Origin: Eledone cirrhosa
Lineage: Eukaryota
Assembly (NCBI GenBank): GCA_964016885.1
Contig: OZ024740.1
Span: forward strand, 416,330,001 to 416,394,000
Reading direction: 5' to 3'
DNA length: 64,000 nucleotides
The notes beneath the pieces were generated by a model. The model ran no database searches. It had not been told where the DNA came from and saw nothing but the letters and a program-made list of their open reading frames with translations. The position numbers and the translations under genes were made by a program. Of the stretch, positions 1 through 14,500 are shown piece by piece. The number at the start of each line of letters is the position of its first letter. Within the stretch, counting starts at the first letter, position 1.

Positions 1-1763
1 ATATAATATTGTCTTTTTTAAATGTATCCTGGATAACTTTACTGAAAAGTCTCTTTTCAATTTCTGTGTATATTGTCAATTACGATTTTATTTGATGTAT
101 CATATTTACATATAATATCAATATACACATTACACATGTATCATATCTACATGTATATATACTTGCGTATAATATCAATATACACACTACACATGTATCA
201 TATCTACATGTATATATACTTGCGTATAATATCAATATACACATTACACATGTATCATATCTACATGTATATATACTTGCGTATAATATCAATATACACA
301 TTACACATGTATCATATCTACATGTATATATATTTACATCTAATATCAATATACACACTACACATGCTAGCAGAAAACCTACATGTATATATACTTACAT
401 CTAATATCAATATACACACTACACATGCTAGCAGAAAACCTACATGTATATATACTTACATATAATATCAATATACACATTACACATGCTAGCAGAAAAC
501 CTACATGTATATATACTTACATCTAATATCAATATACACACTACACATGCTAGCAGAAAACCTACATGTATATATACTTACATATAATATCAATATACAC
601 ACTACACATGCTAGCAGAAAACCTACATGTATATATACTTACATATAATATCAATATACACATTACACATGCTAGCAGAGAACCTACATGTATATATACT
701 TACATCTAATATCAATATACACACTACACATGCTAGCAGAAAACCTACATGTATATATACTTACATGTAATATCAATATACACACTACACGTGCTAGCAG
801 AAAACCTACATGTATATATACTTACATATAATATCAATATACACACTACACATGCTAGCAGAAAACCTACATGTATATATATTTACATCTAATATCAATA
901 TACACATTACACATGCTAGCAGAAAACCTACATGTATATATACTTACATCTAATATCAATATACACATTACACATGCTAGCAGAAAACCTACATGTATAT
1001 ATACTTACATCTAATATCAATATACACACTACACATGCTAGCAGAAAACCTACATGTATATATACTTACATCTAATATCAATATACACACTACACATGCT
1101 AGCAGAAAACCTACATGTATATATACTTATATCTAATATCAATATACACATTACACATGCTAGCAGAAAACCTACATGTATATATACTTACATCTAATAT
1201 CAATATACACATTACACATGCTAGCAGAAAACCTACATGTATATATACTTACATATAATATCAATATACACACTACACATGCTAGCAGAAAACCTACATG
1301 TATATATACTTACATCTAATATCAATATACACATTACACATGCTAGCAGAAAACCTACATGTATATATACTTACATATAATATCAATATACACACTACAC
1401 ATGCTAGCAGAAAACCTACATGTATATATACTTACATCTAATATCAATATACACACTACACATGCTAGCAGAAAACCTACATGTATATATACTTACATCT
1501 AATATCAATATACACACTACACATGCTAGCCGAAAACCTACATGTATATATACTTACATATAATATCAATATACATATTACACATGCTAGCAGAAAACCT
1601 ACATGTATATATACTTACATATAATATCAATATACACATTACACATGCTAGCAGAAAACCTACATGTATATATACTTACATATAATATCAATATACACAC
1701 TACACATGCTAGCAGAAAACCTACATGTATATATACTTACATCTAATATCAATATACACACTA

Positions 1764-3336
1764 TACGTCATCATCATCATCATCGTTTAACGTCCGTGTT
1801 CCATGCTTGCATGGGTTTGGACAGAGGGTTTTCCCACTTGAGGCAAGAGTGGTTATCTTGCTCGCATAGGACTATCTGGCGGGTTTTCTACAGCTGGATG
1901 CCCTTCCTAACACCAACCACATTTACAGTGTGGGGCTGGGAGGTTTTTACCGTGTTGCCTACACGGCCACATTACAGCGTGAACTGTGTGTTTTTTTTTA
2001 CGTGACACCTACACAATCTCATTTGTTTCGGCCTGGATGTTGTGGCACCAACATAACTTTACATTGAAAGGGGCGGTGTGGATGGAGTGGTGGGACGGGG
2101 GTGTATTTTGTTAGAGATGCCTACTGACTGTAGTAGGTTTTACTTTGTATTTAGGTAAGGCGGGTCTTCTCTATTACTGAGTACCGCCAAAGGTCTCGGT
2201 CCAGTGACATTGTCTTGGAGAGGTGTAAGTGTGTGAGGTCGGAATTTATCAGCTCGTCCCAGGTTTTTCTGGGTCTGCCTATTCCGTGGCTACCGTCTAT
2301 CTTTATTGCCCTGCACTTTGTTATACAGCTATCGTCCTTCATGCGCATCACGTGACCATACCAACGTAGCCTTCTCTCGAGTAAACAACATCTGATCCCT
2401 CTTATTTCTAATTTTTTCCTTAGTTCGTTTATGCTTTGCCGTTCACGTATATTACTATTACACATCCAGCGGAGCATGCAAGCTTCGTTTCTCTCTAGTC
2501 TGCGTATATCCTCTGCACACAATGCCCAGGTCTCACTGCCGTGCAACATTGCTGTTCGTATGCAGGCATCGTACAACCTGCCTTTCATTTTTAGGGAGAA
2601 CCCTTTAGCGGCTAATAGTGGTATGAGCTCTCTGAACTTTTTCCACCCAGTTCTGACTCTAGCTACTGTACTTTCAGAGCACCCTCCCCCACTGCTGATT
2701 TTGTCACCCAGGTAACGGAAGCTGTCCACTATTTCTATAGAACCCTCTGCGCAGTTGAAAGAGCTAGTATTTTTGGGGCACTTGCTGCTACTTATTGCCC
2801 CAGAACACCGGCCACATGTAAAATCTATGTTCTTAGTTAGCTTACCTGTGATCCCACTACATCTTTTATGCACCCAAACTTTGCATTTGGGACACAAAAT
2901 GGAGTTTCTACCTACGCCTTTCCTACACTCTGAGCATGGCCACTTCCCGGAGGGGACCGCTGCCTTATTTTCTTTCTTACAAACTAGAACTTTAGTCTTA
3001 GCCAGGTTAATTTTAAGGCCTTTTGATTCTAGGCCGTGCTTCCATGTTTGGAATTTCTTCTCTAGCTCGGCCATTGTTTCAGCTATGAGTGTTAGATCAT
3101 CTGCGTATAGGAGTTTCCATGGGCAGCCGGTCTTGAACTCCACTGTTATAGCCTGGAGGGCAATAATAAATAGTAGGGGGCTAAGAACAGAGCCCTGATG
3201 AACACCAACTTTTACACTAAACTCTTCACTATATTCGTTGTTAATTCTAACCTTGCTGACTGTTTCTTTATACATGGCTTGTATAGCTCTCACAAGCCAT
3301 TCATCAACACCTAGTTTTCAAAGAGCCCACCAGATA
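1764..3336 (-). mobile_element. 5'-truncated RTE-clade LINE, copy 1 (RT C-terminal half, 3'UTR, (GAT)n tail)
   Basis: ORF 2151-3293 has the RT motifs GVHQGSVLSP, LLYADD, FRYLG and RLRWYGH. The tail reads (CAT)n on the + strand at 1768-1784, next to the conserved end CGTTTAACGTCC. Inserted in the 61-bp satellite with no TSD and about 7 bp of satellite lost. Confidence 0.95.
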
Positions 3337-6300
3337 GCAGAAAACCTACATGTATATATACTTACATCTAATATCAATATACACACTACACATGCTAGCA
3401 AAAAACCTACATGTATATATACTTACGTCTAATATCAACATAGACATTACACATGCTAGCAGAAAACCTACATGTATATATACTTACATCTAATATCAAT
3501 ATACACCCTACACATGCTAGCACAAAACCTACATGTATATATACTTACATCTAATATCAATATACACATACACATGCTAGCAGAAAACCTACATGTATAT
3601 ATACTTACATCTAATATCAATATACACACTACACATGCTACCAGAAAACCTACATGTATATATACTTACATCTAATATCAATATACACACTACACATGCT
3701 AGCAGAAAACCTACATGTATATATACTTACATCTAATATCAATATACACACTACACATGCTAGCAGAAAACCTACATGTATATATACTTACATCTAATAT
3801 CAATATACACACTACACATGCTAGCAGAAAACCTACATGTATATATACTTACATCTAATATCAATATACACATTACACATGCTAGCAGAAAACCTACATG
3901 TATATATACTTACATCTAATATCAATATACACACTACACATGCTAGCAGAAAACCTACATGTATATATACTTACATCTAATATCAATATACACATTACAC
4001 ATGCTAGCAGAAAACCTACATGTATATATACTTACATCTAATATCAATATACACACTACACATGCTAGCAGAAAACCTACATGTCTATATACTTACATCT
4101 AATATCAATATACACATTACACATGCTACCAGAAAACCTACATGTATATATACTTACATCTAATATCAATATACACACTACACATGCTACCAGAAAACCT
4201 ACATGTATATATACTTACATATAATATCAATATACACACTACACATGCTAGCAGAAAACCTACATGTATATATACTTACATCTAATATCAATATACACAT
4301 TACACATGCTAGCAGAAAACCTACATGTATATATACTTACATCTAATATCAATATACACACTACACATGCTAGCAGAAAACCTACATGTATATATACTTA
4401 CATATAATATCAATATACACACTACACATGCTAGCAGAAAACCTACATGTATATATGTTTACATCTAATATCAATATACACACTACACATGCTAGCAGAA
4501 AACCTACATGTATATATACTTACATCTAATATCAATATACACATTACACATGCTAGCAGAAAACCTACATGTATATATACTTACATCTAATATCAATATA
4601 CACACTACACATGCTAGCAGAAAACCTACATGTATATATACTTACATCTAATATCAATATACACACTACACATGCTAGCAGAAAACCTACATGTATATAT
4701 ACTTACATCTAATATCAATATACACATTACACATGCTAGCAGAAAACCTACATGTATATATACTTACATATAATATCAATATACACACTACACATGCTAG
4801 CAGAAAACCTACATGTATATATACTTACATATAATATCAATATACACACTACACATGCTAGCAGAAAACCTACATGTATATATACTTACATATAATATCA
4901 ATATACACACTACACATGCTAGCAGAAAACCTACATGTATATATACTTACATCTAATATCAATATACACACTACACATGCTAGCAGAAAACCTACATGTA
5001 TATATACTTACATCTAATATCAATATACACACTACACATGCTAGCAGAAAACCTACATGTATATATACTTACATCTAATATCAATATACACACTACACAT
5101 GCTAGCAGAAAACCTACATGTATATATACTTACATCTAATATCAATATACACATTACACATGCTAGCAGAAAACCTACATGTATATATACTTACATCTAA
5201 TATCAATATACACACTACACATGCTAGCAGAAAACCTACATGTATATATACTTACATCTAATATCAATATACACATTACACATGCTAGCAGAAAACCTAC
5301 ATGTATATATACTTACATCTAATATCAATATACACACTACACATGCTAGCAGAAAACCTACATGTCTATATACTTACATCTAATATCAATATACACATTA
5401 CACATGCTACCAGAAAACCTACATGTATATATACTTACATCTAATATCAATATACACACTACACATGCTACCAGAAAACCTACATGTATATATACTTACA
5501 TATAATATCAATATACACACTACACGTGCTAGCAGAAAACCTACATGTATATATACTTACATATAATATCAATATACACACTACACATGCTAGCAGAAAA
5601 CCTACATGTATATATATTTACATCTAATATCAATATACACATTACACATGCTAGCAGAAAACCTACATGTATATATACTTACATCTAATATCAATATACA
5701 CATTACACATGCTAGCAGAAAACCTACATGTATATATACTTACATCTAATATCAATATACACACTACACATGCTAGCAGAAAACCTACATGTATATATAC
5801 TTACATCTAATATCAATATACACACTACACATGCTAGCAGAAAACCTACATGTATATATACTTACATCTAATATCAATATACACACTACACATGCTAGCA
5901 GAAAACCTACATGTATATATACTTACATATAATATCAATATACACACCTCACATGCTAGCAGAAAACCTACATGTATATATACTTACATATAATATCAAT
6001 ATACACACTACACATGCTAGCAGAAAACCTACATGTATATATACTTACATCTAATATCAATATACACAGTACACATGCTAGCAGAAAACCTACATGTATA
6101 TATACTTACATATAATATCAATATACACATTACACATGCTAGCAGAAAACCTACATGTATATATACTTACATCTAATATCAATATACACATTACACATGC
6201 TAGCAGAAAACCTACATGTATATATATTTACATCTAATATCAATATACACACTACACATGCTAGCAGAAAACCTACATGTATATATACTTATATCTAATA

Positions 6301-6864
6301 TCAATATACACATTACACATGCTAGCAGAAAACCTACATGTATATATACTTACATCTAATATCAATATACACATTACACATGCTAGCAGAAAACCTACAT
6401 GTATATATACTTACATATAATATCAATATACACACTACACATGCTAGCAGAAAACCTACATGTATATATACTTACATCTAATATCAATATACACACTACA
6501 CATGCTAGCAGAAAACCTACATGTATATATACTTACATCTAATATCAATATACACACTACACATGCTAGCAGAAAACCTACATGTATATATACTTACATA
6601 TAATATCAATATACATATTACACATGCTAGCAGAAAACCTACATGTATATATACTTACATATAATATCAATATACACATTACACATGCTAGCAGAAAACC
6701 TACATGTATATATACTTACATCTAATATCAATATACACACTACACATGCTAGCAGAAAACCTACATGTATATATACTTATATCTAATATCAATATACACA
6801 CTACACATGCTAGCAGAAAACCTACATGTATATATACTTACATCTAATATCAATATACACACTA

Positions 6865-8437
6865 TACGTCATCATCATCATCATCGTTTAACGTCCGTGT
6901 TCCATGCTTGCATGGGTTTGGACAGAGGGTTTTCCCACTTGAGGCAAGAGTGGTTATCTTGCTCGCATAGGACTATCTGGCGGGTTTTCTACAGCTGGAT
7001 GCCCTTCCTAACACCAACCACATTTACAGTGTGGGGCTGGGAGGTTTTTACCGTGTTGCCTACACGGCCACATTACAGCGTGAACTGTGTGTTTTTTTTT
7101 ACGTGACACCTACACAATCTCATTTGTTTCGGCCTGGATGTTGTGGCACCAACATAACTTTACATTGAAAGGGGCGGTGTGGATGGAGTGGTGGGACGGG
7201 GGTGTATTTTGTTAGAGATGCCTACTGACTGTAGTAGGTTTTACTTTGTATTTAGGTAAGGCGGGTCTTCTCTATTACTGAGTACCGCCAAAGGTCTCGG
7301 TCCAGTGACATTGTCTTGGAGAGGTGTAAGTGTGTGAGGTCGGAATTTATCAGCTCGTCCCAGGTTTTTCTGGGTCTGCCTATTCCGTGGCTACCGTCTA
7401 TCTTTATTGCCCTGCACTTTGTTATACAGCTATCGTCCTTCATGCGCATCACGTGACGATTCCAACGTAGCCTTCTCTCGAGTAAACAACATCTGATCCC
7501 TCTTATTTCTAATTTTTTCCTTAGTTCGTTTATGCTTTGCCGTTCACGTATATTACTATTACACATCCAGCGGAGCATGCAAGCTTCGTTTCTCTCTAGT
7601 CTGCGTATATCCTCTGCACACAATGCCCAGGTCTCACTGCCGTGCAACATTGCTGTTCGTATGCAGGCATCGTACAACCTGCCTTTCATTTTTAGGGAGA
7701 ACCCTTTAGCGGCTAATAGTGGTATGAGCTCTCTGAACTTTTTCCACCCAGTTCTGACTCTAGCTACTGTACTTTCAGAGCACCCTCCCCCACTGCTGAT
7801 TTTGTCACCCAGGTAACGGAAGCTGTCCACTATTTCTATAGAACCCTCTGCGCAGTTGAAAGAGCTAGTATTTTTGGGGCACTTGCTGCTACTTATTGCC
7901 CCAGAACACCGGCCACATGTAAAATCTATGTTCTTAGTTAGCTTACCTGTGATCCCACTACATCTTTTATGCACCCAAACTTTGCATTTGGGACACAAAA
8001 TGGAGTTTCTACCTACGCCTTTCCTACACTCTGAGCATGGCCACTTCCCGGAGGGGACCGCTGCCTTATTTTCTTTCTTACAAACTAGAACTTTAGTCTT
8101 AGCCAGGTTAATTTTAAGGCCTTTTGATTCTAGGCCGTGCTTCCATGTTTGGAATTTCTTCTCTAGCTCGGCCATTGTTTCAGCTATGAGTGTTAGATCA
8201 TCTGCGTATAGGAGTTTCCATGTGCAGCCGGTCTTGAACTCCACTGTTATAGCCTGGAGGGCAATAATAAATAGTAGGGGGCTAAGAACAGAGCCCTGAT
8301 GAACACCAACTTTTACACTAAACTCTTCACTATATTCGTTGTTAATTCTAACCTTGCTGACTGTTTCTTTATACATGGCTTGTATAGCTCTCACAAGCCA
8401 TTCATCAACACCTAGTTTTCTAAGAGCCCACCAGATA
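6865..8437 (-). mobile_element. 5'-truncated RTE LINE, copy 2 (duplicate of copy 1, offset 5101 bp)
   Basis: Both junctions are identical to copy 1. Only a few substitutions differ, for example GCPW to GCTW and WYGH to WNRH. The N-terminus of ORF 7252-8502 is read-through from the satellite. Confidence 0.95.
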
Positions 8438-11271
8438 GCAGAAAACCTACATGTATATATACTTACATCTAATATCAATATACACACTACACATGCTAGC
8501 AAAAAACCTACATGTATATATACTTACATCTAATATCAACATAGACATTACACATGCTAGCAGAAAACCTACATGTATATATACTTACATCTAATATCAA
8601 TATACACCCTACACATGCTAGCACAAAACCTACATGTATATATACTTACATCTAATATCAATATACACATACACATGCTAGCAGAAAACCTACATGTATA
8701 TATACTTACATCTAATATCAATATACACACTACACATGCTACCAGAAAACCTACATGTATATATACTTACATCTAATATCAATATACACACTACACATGC
8801 TAGCAGAAAACCTACATGTATATATACTTACATCTAATATCAATATACACACTACACATGCTAGCAGAAAACCTACATGTATATATACTTACATCTAATA
8901 TCAATATACACACTACACATGCTAGCAGAAAACCTACATGTATATATACTTACATCTAATATCAATATACACATTACACATGCTAGCAGAAAACCTACAT
9001 GTATATATACTTACATCTAATATCAATATACACACTACACATGCTAGCAGAAAACCTACATGTATATATACTTACATCTAATATCAATATACACATTACA
9101 CATGCTAGCAGAAAACCTACATGTATATATACTTACATCTAATATCAATATACACACTACACATGCTAGCAGAAAACCTACATGTCTATATACTTACATC
9201 TAATATCAATATACACATTACACATGCTACCAGAAAACCTACATGTATATATACTTACATCTAATATCAATATACACACTACACATGCTACCAGAAAACC
9301 TACATGTATATATACTTACATATAATATCAATATACACACTACACATGCTAGCAGAAAACCTACATGTATATATACTTACATCTAATATCAATATACACA
9401 TTACACATGCTAGCAGAAAACCTACATGTATATATACTTACATCTAATATCAATATACACACTACACATGCTAGCAGAAAACCTACATGTATATATACTT
9501 ACATATAATATCAATATACACACTACACATGCTAGCAGAAAACCTACATGTATATATGTTTACATCTAATATCAATATACACACTACACATGCTAGCAGA
9601 AAACCTACATGTATATATACTTACATCTAATATCAATATACACATTACACATGCTAGCAGAAAACCTACATGTATATATACTTACATCTAATATCAATAT
9701 ACACACTACACATGCTAGCAGAAAACCTACATGTATATATACTTACATCTAATATCAATATACACACTACACATGCTAGCAGAAAACCTACATGTATATA
9801 TACTTACATCTAATATCAATATACACATTACACATGCTAGCAGAAAACCTACATGTATATATACTTACATCTAATATCAATATACACACTACACATGCTA
9901 GCAGAAAACCTACATGTATATATACTTACATCTAATATCAATATACACATTACACATGCTAGCAGAAAACCTACATGTATATATACTTACATCTAATATC
10001 AATATACACACTACACATGCTACCAGAAAACCTACATGTATATATACTTACATCTAATATCAATATACACACTACACATGCTAGCAGAAAACCTACATGT
10101 ATATATACTTACATCTAATATCAATATACACACTACACATGCTAGCAGAAAACCTACATGTATATATACTTACATCTAATATCAATATACACACTACACA
10201 TGCTAGCAGAAAACCTACATGTATATATACTTACATCTAATATCAATATACACATTACACATGCTAGCAGAAAACCTACATGTATATATACTTACATCTA
10301 ATATCAATATACACACTACACATGCTAGCAGAAAACCTACATGTATATATACTTACATCTAATATCAATATACACATTACACATGCTAGCAGAAAACCTA
10401 CATGTATATATACTTACATCTAATATCAATATACACACTACACATGCTAGCAGAAAACCTACATGTCTATATACTTACATCTAATATCAATATACACATT
10501 ACACATGCTACCAGAAAACCTACATGTATATATACTTACATCTAATATCAATATACACACTACACATGCTACCAGAAAACCTACATGTATATATACTTAC
10601 ATATAATATCAATATACACACTACACATGCTAGCAGAAAACCTACATGTATATATACTTACATCTAATATCAATATACACACTACACATGCTAGCAGAAA
10701 ACCTACATGTATATATACTTACATATAATATCAATATACACACTACACATGCTAGCAGAAAACCTACATGTATATATGTTTACATCTAATATCAATATAC
10801 ACACTACACATGCTAGCAGAAAACCTACATGTATATATACTTACATCTAATATCAATATACACATTACACATGCTAGCAGAAAACCTACATGTATATATA
10901 CTTACATCTAATATCAATATACACACTACACATGCTAGCAGAAAACCTACATGTATATATACTTACATCTAATATCAATATACACACTACACATGCTAGC
11001 AGAAAACCTACATGTATATATACTTACATCTAATATCAATATACACATTACACATGCTAGCAGAAAACCTACATGTATATATACTTACATCTAATATCAA
11101 TATACACACTACACATTCTAGCAGAAAACCTACATGTATATATACTTACATCTAATATCAATATACACATTACACATGCTAGCAGAAAACCTACATGTAT
11201 ATATACTTACATCTAATATCAATATACACACTACACATGCTAGCAGAAAACCTACATGTATATATACTTAC

Positions 11272-11953
11272 ACGGCAAAGCATAAACGAACTAAGGAAAA
11301 AATTAGAGATAAGAGGGATCAGATGCTGTTTACTCGAGAGAAGGCTACGTTGGTATGGACACGTGATGCGCATGAAAGTCGATAGCTGTATAACAAAGTG
11401 CAGGGCAATAAAGATAGACGGTAGCCACGGAATAGGCAGACCTAGAAAAACCTGGGACGAGCTGATAAACTCCGACCTCACACACTTACACCTCTCCAAG
11501 ACAATGTCACTGGACCGAGACCTTTGGCGGTACTCAGTAACAGAGAAGACCCGCCTTACCTAAATATATAGTAAAACCTACTCCAGCCAGTAGGCATCTC
11601 TAACAAAATACACCCCGTCCCACCACCACCACCCACACCCCCATCCACACCAGCCCCTCCTATGTAAAGTTATGTTGGTGCCGCACCATCCAGGCCGAAA
11701 CAAATGAGATCGTGTAGGTGTCACGACAAAAAAACACACAGTCCACGCTGTAATGTGGCCGTGTAGGCAACACGGTAAAAACCTCCCAGACCCACACTGT
11801 AAATGTGGTTGGTGTTAGGAAGGGCATCCAACTGTAGAAAACCTGCCAGACAGTCCTATGCGAGCAAGAAAATCACTCTTGCCTCAAGTGGGACTACCCC
11901 CGTCCAAACCCATGCAAGCGTGGAACACTGACGTTAAACGTTGATGATGATGA
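11272..11953 (+). mobile_element. Short 5'-truncated RTE LINE, copy 3, independent insertion in the opposite orientation
   Basis: Begins at RQSINELRKKL, has its stop at 11563, then a 3'UTR and a GATGATGATGA tail. Flanks TACTTACA and ACATCTAA give a 2-3 bp duplication or microhomology. Confidence 0.93.
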
Positions 11954-12680
11954 CATCTAATATCAATATACACACTACACATGCTAGCAGAAAACCTACA
12001 TGTATATATACTTACATCTAATATCAATATACACATTACACATGCTAGCAGAAAACCTACATGTATATATACTTACATCTAATATCAATATACACATTAC
12101 ACATGCTAGCAGAAAACCTACATGTATATATACTTACATCTAATATCAATATACACATTACACATGCTAGCAGAAAACCTACATGTATATATACTTACAT
12201 CTAATATCAATATACACACTACACATGCTAGCAGAAAAACACCCGAGGGGGGTTTTCTGCTAGTATATATAATTTATATATATTCCTGAAAATTAACCTG
12301 TTGGAGGCGACTGATGAAATCTGTGGCTGGCGCAGACTGTTAGGCAGGAGGAGAGTGACATGGAGAAAGACTGCATTTCAATATTACTCAATGTAAAATG
12401 TAATGCATGAAAAATTGGAAAACATTTTTTGTAATATATCAAATCAAAATTACATTATTAAATCTTATTCTTATTTTGTTTCTTGTAAATAATTTTTTTA
12501 AAAATATCAATTCAAAACTTTTGTGAATCGGCATCATATCTTGTCATTTACCTATGGTTTAAATTTCATATAAATCGAAGGAAACAATTTACAAAGGGCG
12601 TTTGTGCCCCTGGGGAACCCTTTGATTAAAATGAAATATACTTATCCAAGTACCCTGGGCAATGTAGTTTCAGAATATAT

Positions 12681-14229
12681 ATACCATCTCAGCCTTCTCT
12701 CCTGCACACCACAACTTATCCCTCTTATACACAGTTTCTTTTTCAACTCGTCTATGCTTGGTCGTTCACGCACATTGTCATTGCACATCCAACGGAGCAT
12801 ACTTGCTTTATTACTCTCCAGCCGTTGCATATCTTCTGCAGTTGCTGCCCATGTCTCACTACCATGCAGCATCGTGCATCTCACACAGGCATCATATAAC
12901 TGTCCTTTTGTACACAGGGAGAAACCCTTCTTAGTCAACAGAGGAAGCAGCTCCCTAAACTTCTTCAACCCATCCTTATTCTAGATACTATGGCCTCGGA
13001 ACACCCCACTCCCATGCTAATCTGATCACCTAGGTACCGGAAGCTATCAACCACTTCTATAGAACCCACCTGCATTGGAAACATGTGTCTATTACTGTGA
13101 TTACTACTGCCAACTTTCCTTGTGCATCTACTGCATACGTAGTTTTCCCTACCTGTTAGTTTGCCTGCTATCCCACTACATCTCTTGTATACCCAAGATC
13201 TGCATTGCGTACATTTTATGGAATTTATGCCAGTTCCTTTCCTACATATCGAACATGGCCATTTCCCCGATGGAATCAGAGTATTGTCCTCTCTTCTACT
13301 TATCAACACTTTTGTTTTAGCTATGTTCACTCTCAGGCCTTTTGATTCCAACTGCTGTGTCCATAGCCAAAATTTATTCTCTAGCTCCTCTACTGATTCA
13401 GCTATAAGAACCAGATCATCAGCATAGAGAAATTCCCATGGGCATCCAGTCTTAAACTCCTCTGTTATGGCTTGGAGGACTATAATGAACAAGAGCGGGC
13501 TGAGGATCGACCCTGATGTACACCTACTTGTATCTGGAATTCCTTACTAAACTCTATTCCTATTCTCACTTTACTGATAGCACCCCTGTACATAGCTTGC
13601 ACTGTCCTCATAAGCCATTCCTCTACACCTAGTTTCTTTAGGGACCACAAGATGACAGATCGGGGTACCCTATCAAAGCCCTTCTCTAGGTCAACAAAAG
13701 CTAAGTATAGTGGCTTATTCTTCTCTAAGAACCTCTCTTGTAGTTGCCTCACTAAGAAGAGGGCATCTGTTGTACTTTTCCGAGGCACAAAACCAAACTG
13801 CATCTCTTCTAATTTGACCCTTTCTCTAATCAGTTGCGCTAATATTCTCTCTGCCACTTTCATAACCTGATCCATCAGCTTTATGCCCCTATAATTGCTC
13901 CTCTCCAGAGCATCCCCTTTACCTTTGTAGCAATTTATGAGAATATTGCTGCTCCAGTCTTTGGGTATGACACCACCATATATAGCCTGATTGATGATGC
14001 ATGCAACTAGTTTAGTGCCTACTTCTCCTGATGCCTTCAGCATCTCAGCAACTATCCCTGACAGTCCAGCAGTCTTACCATTCTTCATGTCCTTAATTGC
14101 CTCTTGTACCCTATATTCGTCAATCTCAATAGTTGGTCCCTCTGTTGGGTCTACTGGGGGGTAATTTCTCTCTGTCCCATTCGTTCTCCACATTCATCAA
14201 TCTCTCATAATGACATTTCCAAGCCTCCT
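12681..14229 (-). pseudogene. Older, divergent RTE LINE fragment (frameshifted RT, truncated at both ends)
   Basis: ORFs 13480-14193, 12965-13492 and 12642-12968 together give NYRGIKL, MQFGF, AFVDLEK, GVHQG, LYADD, FRYLG and RLRWY. Clearly diverged from copies 1-3. Confidence 0.92.
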
Positions 14230-14238
14230 ATATATAAG

Positions 14239-14349
14239 AAAAGGTTCAGGACCCCGACGGCAGAGCCCAAGCCATTTTGACGGCTATTTCTGGACTAGAA
14301 ATAGCCGTCGAAATGGCTTGAGCTCTACTGTTGGGGTCCTGAACCTTTT
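14239..14349. repeat. Long inverted repeat (about 53-bp arms, 5-nt spacer)
   Basis: AAAAGGTTCAGGACCCCGACGG...GCTATTTCT / GGACT / AGAAATAGCC...GGGGTCCTGAACCTTTT. There are 5 mismatches, all transitions. Confidence 0.9.
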
Positions 14350-14494
14350 TCCTATTACACACTCTACTACCCAAAGTATCGAGTACTGTGGTGCGTTATG
14401 GTCCACCTGGTTCCTTACCACACTTCCTTCGTTATTACATATATATGTGTGTGTGTGTGTATAAAGAAATACAACAAAAGAAATGTGTAAGTAG

Positions 14495-14500
14495 TTTATT
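14495..14500 (-). terminator. Putative polyadenylation signal AATAAA of the LBP/BPI-like gene
   Basis: TTTATT on the + strand, about 520 nt past the stop codon. On the minus strand it is followed by a U/GU-rich tract (TTTCTTTTGTTGTATTTCTTT). Confidence 0.5.

Larger units (their letters stand above)
100..12240. repeat. 61-bp tandem satellite (ACATGCTAGCAGAAAACCTACATGTATATATACTTACATCTAATATCAATATACACACTAC), roughly 135 monomers, interrupted by three LINE inserts
   Basis: The motif shifts by 1 nt on each 60-nt line, giving a 61-bp period. Recurrent variants are CATCT/CATAT and CACTA/CATTA. The left edge (about 100-350) is a 57-bp variant with ATGTATCATATCTAC in place of ATGCTAGCAGAAAACCTAC. Confidence 0.98.

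Noticed and set aside
2431-3198. Antisense ORFs overlapping the RTE RT (also 7532-8299 and 17175-17900)
   Set aside because: Shadow ORFs on the opposite strand of a coding region, with no recognisable motifs.
73-11563. ORFs such as MYIYLHLISIYTLHMLAENL and apparent satellite-LINE fusion proteins
   Set aside because: Chance read-through from the satellite into LINE sequence. The 61-bp unit shifts frame and hits stops.
12305-12345. CTGATGA suggesting a hammerhead core
   Set aside because: No correctly placed stem II plus GAAA, and no closing stems.
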